Source: a virus (lineage: Duplodnaviria; Caudoviricetes). From it: 64,000 nt of DNA. The notes under the pieces were generated by a model. The model did no database searches. It was not told where the DNA came from and saw nothing but the letters and a program-made list of their open reading frames with translations. The stretch lies in IMG/VR virus record IMGVR_UViG_3300032007_000017, one strand, 5' to 3'. Positions within the stretch are counted from its first letter, which is position 1. Each line of letters starts with the position of its first letter. This document shows, one piece after another, positions 1-6,894 of this stretch. The translations under genes were made by a program, and so were the position numbers.

Positions 1-29
1 GAGCGGCGATTACCAACAACACTAGGCAT
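1..29 (-). CDS. 5' end of a late gene running out of the window (MPSVVGNRR...); possibly a major head protein
   Basis: AAGGAGG RBS before ATG at 29; late promoter AACA-atttaa-TA at 78-89. Identity is positional inference only. Confidence 0.6.
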
Positions 30-115
30 TTAAATGTCCTCCTTATTATTTCAACCTATCTGGATAGATAGATATTTTATTAAATTGTTACCACAAAACA
101 GTTATATTTGACGGG

Positions 116-1015
116 TTATACGAAGTCTAAATCTTCATCATATCCGCCATTAGAAATCTGCTGCTTTCTTTTATCTTCAGCAAGTTTTGTAAGAATGGAA
201 TTAATATCACTAAGTGCATTAAAGAATAGCTGATAATTAACTTCATTCTCAGTAGCGGTTTTAGTACTAAATGTGTAGATCAGATAATCGGATACCAGAT
301 CTGATAATTCTGCTAATTTATCAGAAGCGAATTCAATAGGCTTAATCATATTAATATCTTTAGGGATATTATTAATACGATCAATTACACTATTAATCGC
401 ATCGTAGAGCTTATTGTAATTCTTCTTAAGCTCCTGATTTCTAATAGCAAGCTGATCTGCAGAAAGATCCTGATTGATTTGATTCTCGAGATCCTGAATC
501 TGTCTATCCCAAACAGATTCCTGATCCATAGAATCTCCTTCCATACCAGATCCTTCAGTTCCATCATCAGACTCCCCATTATCAGGGCCAATATCTTGAG
601 CATCAGAATTGGAGTCATCAGTATAGTCTTCAGGAGCTCCTTCTCCTTCAGCTACTTCTGCTCCTCCTCCATTGTCTCCTCCCTGTTGCTGGGGTTCTTG
701 TTCTCCTTCTCCTCCATTATCGGGAGGCTGTTGATTTCCTTCTTCTCCTGTTTCTCCTTCCGGAGCATTGTCTCCTCCGTCGTCGGGAACAGTATAGTCC
801 TCAGGGGCTGCGTTGGGATCGTCGGTTCCTTCTCCTCCAGCTCCTTCTCCATCTTGATTACCAGAAGGACCAGAGTCGACACCCCCACTATCATCCCCAT
901 CAGCAGTATAATCAGTAGGAGCTTCATTGTCATTGTCATTATTCACTTCCTGTCCATTGACTTGAAGTTCTTGAAATAAGCGTTTCTTTTCTCCATTTGG
1001 AGTATAAAGGATCAT
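116..1015 (-). CDS. Very acidic late protein, possible head scaffold/core protein
   Basis: 299-aa ORF; D/E/G-rich N-terminal half with three AP(T/E)DYT repeats; helical C-terminus; late promoter 1040-1051; GGAG RBS. Confidence 0.75.
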   Translation of the reverse strand: MILYTPNGEKKRLFQELQVNGQEVNNDNDNEAPTDYTADGDDSGGVDSGPSGNQDGEGAGGEGTDDPNAAPEDYTVPDDGGDNAPEGETGEEGNQQPPDNGGEGEQEPQQQGGDNGGGAEVAEGEGAPEDYTDDSNSDAQDIGPDNGESDDGTEGSGMEGDSMDQESVWDRQIQDLENQINQDLSADQLAIRNQELKKNYNKLYDAINSVIDRINNIPKDINMIKPIEFASDKLAELSDLVSDYLIYTFSTKTATENEVNYQLFFNALSDINSILTKLAEDKRKQQISNGGYDEDLDFV

Positions 1016-1060
1016 TTATACAACTCTCCTTTCCTTAATTAATCGAATGTTGAGGGCATA

Positions 1061-1091
1061 AAATAGAGTAGGCTTAATGCCTACTCTATTT
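1061..1091. terminator. Intrinsic terminator hairpin
   Basis: AAATAGAGTAGGC-ttaat-GCCTACTCTATTT immediately after the 929-aa gene. Confidence 0.8.
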
Positions 1092-1093
1092 TG

Positions 1094-3883
1094 TTATTCT
1101 TCACTCATGATACCATCATTGGAGATTTTATCTTTACGATAGTATTTCTCTCCTTTGAGGTTCATATGATACTTTACTTTAGAACGTTGTCTTTCGAGAT
1201 TTCTTTGAATCTCATACAACTTTCTAAGAGCTTTCAAGTCATTCTTAGATTCTGCTGTGTCAATATATTTCTGACACATCTTCAGCTCGACATCGAGCTC
1301 ATCAAGAATCTGTTGACGTTGTTTCGACTGAAGTGCTTTAGTTCCTCCAATATAACCCAAAACTCCAATAACAGCAATTGCAGGGTCAATCAGAGCAGCG
1401 CCACCAGCCAGAATAGCTAGCTTAATAGTTTTAGAAGCACTAGGAATCAGAGATCCTTTGATAACAGCCTCACGATTATTTGACGTAAGAGCTCTCTCAG
1501 CAGACTTTCTAAAATTATTTGCCGCAACATCAATATTCTTACTGATAGTCTTGTCTTTATCAGAAAGCTTCTGTAAGCCTTTCTTGACTTTCTCAGAAGC
1601 AAGCTTCAAAGAATTCAAAACAGACGCTTCAGTAAGAGGAGTTTTATAGATTGCTGCATTATACATCTCAGTCAATCCCATAATAATCTGAAGTCTACCA
1701 GTAAGACGCATAGCCTCACTCATAATATCTTCAGTATTATGGCTCTGCGGGAACATAATGCCTAGCTTTCTATATACATTATCTATGTCATATTTGTCTG
1801 AATAATCAAGTTTAGTAACACCAATCTTAGCATCAGATTTCACATCACTGATAGCAAAAGACAGTGCATCTTTAGAAATGATTTCAGGACTAATACGACA
1901 GACATCGTATAGATCTGTTGCAATGGAAGGATTAGCCTCAATGATTGTATGGAGTTTAGCCTGATCAAAGGATTTAATATCCATATTATCATAAGCTTCA
2001 CTCAATGCAGACATGAGAGCTACATATTTAGCTGATTCTCCAAAGTCTTCAAGATCTCCAAAATCATCATCATTGAAATCGAAGTCTCCTAAATCAAAAT
2101 CTTTGAAGTCATCATCATCAATGTCAATGCTCCCAATAGAAGTATCATCGATGGGCTCATCTTCATCATACTTCTTATCGAGTTCTTCATCATTCAACAG
2201 AGTTTCATAATACTGATCAAGCTTTTGATAGGTATTATAAACCTCTTTTCTATACTCTTGAAGATTCTTTTTCTCTTCATCATTCTTACAGGATTCAATC
2301 TTCTTGTCAACTGCCTTGATTTCAGCTTTAAATGCATTACGTGCTTTAATAGCTTCTTCTCTAGACATATGCATTGCAAGAAGTTTATCTCCTAAGAATA
2401 CGATAGCACCTACTACTGGATGAATAGCAATTCCTCCAATAACAAAAACTCCACGAATATACTTTAACAGATCAGGAAGTTCTTCAACGGAGTTTTCAAT
2501 GCTACCAGCATAAAGCCTGTGAATCAAAGCTTTTAATTTATTTGGTTTATCTGCATCATCAGAAGTTTTGAATTTATTCATAATCTCCTGATAATCAACC
2601 TTCTCTTGAATGCTGACAGCTCCTCCAGGAGTGCTATCCATAATAGCACTAAAGGTAGTATCAGTTAAGAAAGATTCATTCTTAGCAGAATAGTATTTAC
2701 TGAATCGATTATCAGGACCGACATCGACACTCATACCATACTGCTTAATCTTCTTTTTGATATTTCGAGCAAGTTCAGCTTCATCTGCAGAATCGCAATG
2801 ATTAAACATTTGAATTGCAGATCTTACATGTGATTCATCAGGCATTGGATATTTTCTCTTGGAAGGAAGACCATAGTCTTTATCCGAAATAAATGCTCTT
2901 TGACGAGAAGTAAGTTTGGATTCATCCAGAGGATAATCATCATCAACCTCGTCATCATGAATTACATCGAGATCTCCATTATAGTCATTCTTATCGAAAA
3001 CTATAGATCCCTCGAGCATAGTTCTACAAGCAACACTATTTTCTCCAAGAGCCATGTAATAATCGGTAAGTGTAGTAACCAATTCAGATTCATCAAAAGT
3101 ATAAGCATTTCTATGAAGCCCATACCACATAGTCTCTAAACAGGTATTGAAGCGAGCTTTAAGAGGCATATCATATGTCTCAATTAACTTAGCAACTTCA
3201 ATCGCTGTATCAGAGATACCATTTATGATGGTATTCTCTTGAATGATTTTATCAATATTGAATCTCTTGGATACTCGGTTATAGTTCTCTAGAATCCTAT
3301 CGATTGATACAATCTTGGTAGCCTGCTCAAGCATACGCTCATATGCAGTAATTACAGCTTCCTGTTTAGCAGGACTACTATCAGGAGCAGGATTCTGAGG
3401 AGTTACAGATTGAACAAAACTTTTAGCAGGAGCTAGATTGGTTTGAAGGTTAGACTTAATATCATCAATAGATTTCTGAATCATATCAGTAATACTATTA
3501 AGATTCTTATTAACCAAGCTATTCTTGGCATTCATCTTTCCTTTAACTCTACCGAGCTTCTGCTTTAAATATGTTTGAGTCTCTTTGGCGTCTCTGGTTT
3601 TATTTACATACTCTTTGAGAATCAGATTACCATACTTATTGATCTGAGAAACAGTTCCATGTTCTGCCAGAGCATCAAAGAGATTATACATCGAAGATTC
3701 TGACATCGAATGGCTACTATCGCCAATAGCGCATTCAATACAAAAGATAATCTTAGAGGTAAAGCCTGATTGGATAGCTACTTCTGCTTGTTCATCAAAA
3801 GTATCTCTCCGCTTCAGATCTAAATTACCTTCTGGGATATTACGAATTCTGTTGCGTACATCTACTATACTCAACTGTTTCAT
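1094..3883 (-). CDS. Large virion/head protein with an inserted DUF6582-like domain
   Basis: 929 aa; LTSRQR..DKDYGLPSKRKYPMPDESHVRSAIQMF resembles the DUF6582 pattern; late promoter 3912-3923; GAGGTG/GAGG RBS. Confidence 0.75.
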   Translation of the reverse strand: MKQLSIVDVRNRIRNIPEGNLDLKRRDTFDEQAEVAIQSGFTSKIIFCIECAIGDSSHSMSESSMYNLFDALAEHGTVSQINKYGNLILKEYVNKTRDAKETQTYLKQKLGRVKGKMNAKNSLVNKNLNSITDMIQKSIDDIKSNLQTNLAPAKSFVQSVTPQNPAPDSSPAKQEAVITAYERMLEQATKIVSIDRILENYNRVSKRFNIDKIIQENTIINGISDTAIEVAKLIETYDMPLKARFNTCLETMWYGLHRNAYTFDESELVTTLTDYYMALGENSVACRTMLEGSIVFDKNDYNGDLDVIHDDEVDDDYPLDESKLTSRQRAFISDKDYGLPSKRKYPMPDESHVRSAIQMFNHCDSADEAELARNIKKKIKQYGMSVDVGPDNRFSKYYSAKNESFLTDTTFSAIMDSTPGGAVSIQEKVDYQEIMNKFKTSDDADKPNKLKALIHRLYAGSIENSVEELPDLLKYIRGVFVIGGIAIHPVVGAIVFLGDKLLAMHMSREEAIKARNAFKAEIKAVDKKIESCKNDEEKKNLQEYRKEVYNTYQKLDQYYETLLNDEELDKKYDEDEPIDDTSIGSIDIDDDDFKDFDLGDFDFNDDDFGDLEDFGESAKYVALMSALSEAYDNMDIKSFDQAKLHTIIEANPSIATDLYDVCRISPEIISKDALSFAISDVKSDAKIGVTKLDYSDKYDIDNVYRKLGIMFPQSHNTEDIMSEAMRLTGRLQIIMGLTEMYNAAIYKTPLTEASVLNSLKLASEKVKKGLQKLSDKDKTISKNIDVAANNFRKSAERALTSNNREAVIKGSLIPSASKTIKLAILAGGAALIDPAIAVIGVLGYIGGTKALQSKQRQQILDELDVELKMCQKYIDTAESKNDLKALRKLYEIQRNLERQRSKVKYHMNLKGEKYYRKDKISNDGIMSEE

Positions 3884-3940
3884 ATTCCCTCACCTCAAAA
3901 CTTAATGAGTTTATTAAATTGTTAAAGGTCTTATTAAATG

Positions 3941-4072
3941 CATACTCCCAGGGAAATTCCCTGGGAGTATGACTCGATCATAGGAGGTCCCCAAAAACAA
4001 TGTCTGCAAAGCCCGACACCCGCAGATATCTTATTTGAGTTTAACCAATGAGGCGAAATTCCATTGGCCTTT
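3941..4072 (-). ncRNA. Candidate late small RNA A (contains anti-SD)
   Basis: Own late promoter AACA-cttaag-TA (4083-4072); 5' hairpin GGCCAATG/CATTGGTT; AAATAAG; internal hairpin; GGACCTCCTATGATCGAGTCA; terminal hairpin 3941-3971; no ORF with an RBS on this strand; paralog at 56226-56391. Confidence 0.6.
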
Positions 4073-4139
4073 ACTTAAGTGTTATGCACAAACTTGTCAC
4101 ATATGAGAAAAAAAATAAAGTTATTTTATAGGGGTGGTG

Positions 4140-4341
4140 GGGAGGGTTGTACATTTCTGTACAACCCTCCCAGATGAGGTGACAAAGAAGGTGATGGCCA
4201 TCTCGAGAGAAGGAGAAACCCTGGATGGGGAAGATGCAAAATCATGTCAAATATAAACTACACCGTCAGCAGTTTTTCGACGATTTGACTATGAATACAA
4301 GCACCTATTGTACTCTCGAGACTTATTTACTTCTTCATCAC
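4140..4341 (-). ncRNA. Candidate early rod-shaped structured RNA
   Basis: Early motif TATATTAT at 4353-4346; nested stems GTGATGAAGAAG/CTTCTTTGTCAC, TCTCGAGAG/CTCTCGAGA and GTCAAAT/ATTTGAC; ends in hairpin 4140-4171; no ORF. Confidence 0.6.
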
Positions 4342-4385
4342 GATAATAATATATAATCAAAACTTGATTTAATTACGAAATTACA

Positions 4386-4411
4386 GATCCCTGAGGAAAA
4401 CCTCAGGGATC
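4386..4411 (-). terminator. Terminator of the prohead protease gene
   Basis: GATCCCTGAGG-aaaa-CCTCAGGGATC. Confidence 0.75.
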
Positions 4412-4423
4412 ATTATTATTTGC

Positions 4424-5269
4424 TTAGAATTTAGAGCAATAGTCCTCAATATCATTCTTGATATAAGACTCAAGATTGACATAGAACTTCTCACCATTCT
4501 TGGTACTAAGCATGACAGCAGTACCACCACGAACAAGTTGAATGGATTCATAGAATACCTCAAACTGTTCGATGATAGAACGGACGTTAGCAGACTCCTG
4601 CTTGATATAGCTCATAACTTCCTCATTCATAATGGGGATAATAGAGCTCTCAGTGACAATCTTCTTATCCTTCTTAGCCATAGCAGCTTCAAAGTAAGAA
4701 TTGAAAGACTTCTGAACACCAGCAGACTCTGTAACGAGTTTATGTGTATATGCTCCAGGATGAGAGGGGAAGATAACGAAGTCATGTGTAATGTACTTCA
4801 GATCTCTAACGAGATTTCTTCCACCAATCTGCTGAAGGGTACCAAGCGAACGCATAGAAAATGCAGGCTTGCAACCCTCAAGAAGATCCTTATTAACAGC
4901 TTCACCATAATCATTATTTGTTCCAGTATAGTGAGCCATCCACTTCGGACCATCCATCCAGAACTTTAGATAACGGACAGCAGTCTCTTTAGGATCGATC
5001 GTTTGCTGGCGAATAATAGAAGAATCCATCGGGTGACCAGCCTCACCGAGCATATAACCAGCGGCAAGCAGTTCTTTTGTACGAGCACAATTCTGCTCTC
5101 TGGTAAGATCAGCAGTCAGATAGCAACGACCATTGCGGTTCTCTTCCTCGCCTTCTTGAAGGCAAGCTTCGCCGATAGGCTTATTATTTGAGGTGCCAAC
5201 AATATGAGCATCACTAGCAGTGTAAGCATCCTCAAGAATGATATGTCCAATATTAATAGCGGCAGGCAT
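4424..5269 (-). CDS. Prohead (head maturation) serine protease, T4 gp21-like
   Basis: ENRNGRCY, catalytic His in GEAGHP, Ser in AFSMRSLG, Asp in ITHDFVIFPSHPGAY; AACT-N6-TA promoter 5296-5307. Confidence 0.9.
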   Translation of the reverse strand: MPAAINIGHIILEDAYTASDAHIVGTSNNKPIGEACLQEGEEENRNGRCYLTADLTREQNCARTKELLAAGYMLGEAGHPMDSSIIRQQTIDPKETAVRYLKFWMDGPKWMAHYTGTNNDYGEAVNKDLLEGCKPAFSMRSLGTLQQIGGRNLVRDLKYITHDFVIFPSHPGAYTHKLVTESAGVQKSFNSYFEAAMAKKDKKIVTESSIIPIMNEEVMSYIKQESANVRSIIEQFEVFYESIQLVRGGTAVMLSTKNGEKFYVNLESYIKNDIEDYCSKF

Positions 5270-5345
5270 ATTAACCCTCCTCTTAATGCATTATTTACTA
5301 AAAAGTTAATCTGTTACTCACTTAGATATTATAATAGTAAGGAGG

Positions 5346-5597
5346 ATGATAAATATGACAATTGCTAAAGCGAAACATGTAAGAGGTATTCTTAATCAAA
5401 TCGATGAACTCGATAAGATTGAAGAAATTCTCAAAAATTATGATGCTACTGTCAAAGTTGCAGTATCTAGCGAATACAATAGTAATAAAGGGAATAGAAT
5501 TGAAAGACAGATAATGATTCCCGATGTAAAGCAATTGCTCGAAAGGTATATCAAAGATCGTAAAGCAGATCTTTATAAAAATCTTGAAGAAATTTGA
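5346..5597 (+). CDS. Hypothetical early protein
   Basis: 83 aa, AAGGAGG RBS, early-type motif GATATTAT at 5325-5332. Confidence 0.75.
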   Translation: MINMTIAKAKHVRGILNQIDELDKIEEILKNYDATVKVAVSSEYNSNKGNRIERQIMIPDVKQLLERYIKDRKADLYKNLEEI

Positions 5598-5611
5598 AGG
5601 AGGATTTATCA

Positions 5612-6481
5612 ATGGAATTTCCATGCAGAATGGTTGCAGAGAAAATCATTCAGGAGAATAAGGAAAGAGTTGGGAATTTAATTGGCATTCCTAAGATCGA
5701 AATGATCGGCAAGTATGTCAGTGGTACTAAAAGAGCAAGTAAAGATTTCAATTACTTCATGCTCAGTATGTGTGATGCTGCAAATGCATCTGGCATAGAA
5801 CTTTGTTCCTCATTTGATGATACTGATGATGGAGTTAAATACCTAATCAAAAGAGCCAATGATGATACTCGTACAAGCGGTATTATTGTAGAGAATGGGT
5901 TAGATTATAATATTTATGATAGAATTGTTTTCAATAAAGATATCGACTGTTGTAATTCTATCAATCTTGGGATGTTTTATGGAAATAGAAAAAATCCTTA
6001 TCTGTACCCTACTTATATTCCAGCTACAGCAGAAGCTGTTATAGAGTTATTAGAATTCAGAGGATTCGATTTAGATAACTCTAAAATTGCAGTAATTGGT
6101 CGTGGAACGGTTGGTAGATCTGTTGCTACTCTTTGCACTCAAAAGAATGCAATGGTTACTATCTGCCATTCTAAAACAAGTGAAGATCATATCAAAGAAA
6201 TCTGTAGGAATTCCAATATCATTGTTGCTTGTACTGGTCATCCTCTTTATCATCTTGATGAATGGATTGGAGATCGTACTATTGCTATTGTGAATGTAGG
6301 TCTTACAGACGTTCCTAAAGAGGTATTCGAAAAGTATAAGGATTCATCCATGCTTACAATCAGTCCTGCTAAGAATGGCATCGGATTGATAACGTCGGCA
6401 TTGCTCTGTAAGCATGCTATTGATTCGTATGAGTTTATATGTTTACGATCATCACTCCTGCAAAAAATGGTATCGGGTTGA
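5612..6481 (+). CDS. folD: FolD-like methylenetetrahydrofolate dehydrogenase/cyclohydrolase (divergent)
   Basis: KDIDC, IPATAEAVIELL, VIGRGTVGR, VTICHSKT, ISPAKNGIGLITSALL match FolD motifs; GGAGG RBS before ATG 5612. Confidence 0.85.
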   Translation: MEFPCRMVAEKIIQENKERVGNLIGIPKIEMIGKYVSGTKRASKDFNYFMLSMCDAANASGIELCSSFDDTDDGVKYLIKRANDDTRTSGIIVENGLDYNIYDRIVFNKDIDCCNSINLGMFYGNRKNPYLYPTYIPATAEAVIELLEFRGFDLDNSKIAVIGRGTVGRSVATLCTQKNAMVTICHSKTSEDHIKEICRNSNIIVACTGHPLYHLDEWIGDRTIAIVNVGLTDVPKEVFEKYKDSSMLTISPAKNGIGLITSALLCKHAIDSYEFICLRSSLLQKMVSG

Positions 6482-6546
6482 TAATGTCGGCATTGCTCTG
6501 TAGACATGCTATTGATTCATATGAGCTTACAATGAACAATACTTAA
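6350..6546 (+). repeat. Diverged tandem duplication of the folD 3' end (6350-6438 and 6439-6530)
   Basis: Copy 1 encodes MLTISPAKNGIGLITSALLCKHAIDSYEF; copy 2 (other frame) encodes MFTIITPAKNGIGLIMSALLCRHAIDSYELTMNNT*. Confidence 0.9.
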
Positions 6547-6577
6547 AAAAGAAGAGGGGAAACCCTCTTCTTTTTTT
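6545..6577. terminator. Intrinsic terminator (near-identical to 13131-13159)
   Basis: AAAAAAGAAGAGGG-gaaa-CCCTCTTCTTTTTTT. Confidence 0.85.
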
Positions 6578-6602
6578 CTGTAATACTTTCGATTTATGAA
6601 GA

Positions 6603-6610
6603 TATATTAT
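6603..6610 (+). promoter_or_regulatory. Early-type promoter TATATTAT (example of about 10 sites)
   Basis: Same motif upstream of non-structural genes at 4346, 5325, 18850, 20682, 32779, 53734, 57884, 60120 and 62261; resembles phiKZ early TATATTAC. Confidence 0.7.
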
Positions 6611-6668
6611 TAAGATAGAAGATGGGTGTGATGGCCCATCAAATATTACATAAAGGAGAGACCCCACG

Positions 6669-6857
6669 ATGAAGAAAAAGTTCTTTAGCCCACTCGATAT
6701 GGCGGATGCCATGTTCAACCTTGGTTACACAAGAGAGGAGATCGAGGACAAGATCTCCTCAATGCTCGAAGACTCAATGGACATCTATGGGTTTCACGAG
6801 GAAACTCAGGAAACCCTTCAGCGTCAGCATGATGAGGCTATCCCTCCCGAGTGGTGA
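6669..6857 (+). CDS. Small acidic early protein
   Basis: 62 aa; TATATTAT at 6603-6610; leader hairpin 6621-6640; AAGGAG RBS; terminator 6860-6894. Confidence 0.8.
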   Translation: MKKKFFSPLDMADAMFNLGYTREEIEDKISSMLEDSMDIYGFHEETQETLQRQHDEAIPPEW

Positions 6858-6859
6858 GG

Positions 6860-6894
6860 AAAAAGAAAGGGCTGTAAAAGCCCTTTCTTTTTTT
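6860..6894. terminator. Bidirectional terminator
   Basis: AAAAAGAAAGGGC-tgtaaaa-GCCCTTTCTTTTTTT between convergent genes. Confidence 0.85.

Noticed and set aside
4000-4038. 12-codon plus-strand ORF MSAKPDTRRYLI after AGGAGG
   Set aside because: Long SD spacing, no plus-strand promoter, peptide not conserved with the paralogous locus
6350-6530. Diversity-generating retroelement TR/VR pair
   Set aside because: Mismatches are not adenine-specific and are mostly synonymous; no reverse transcriptase in the window
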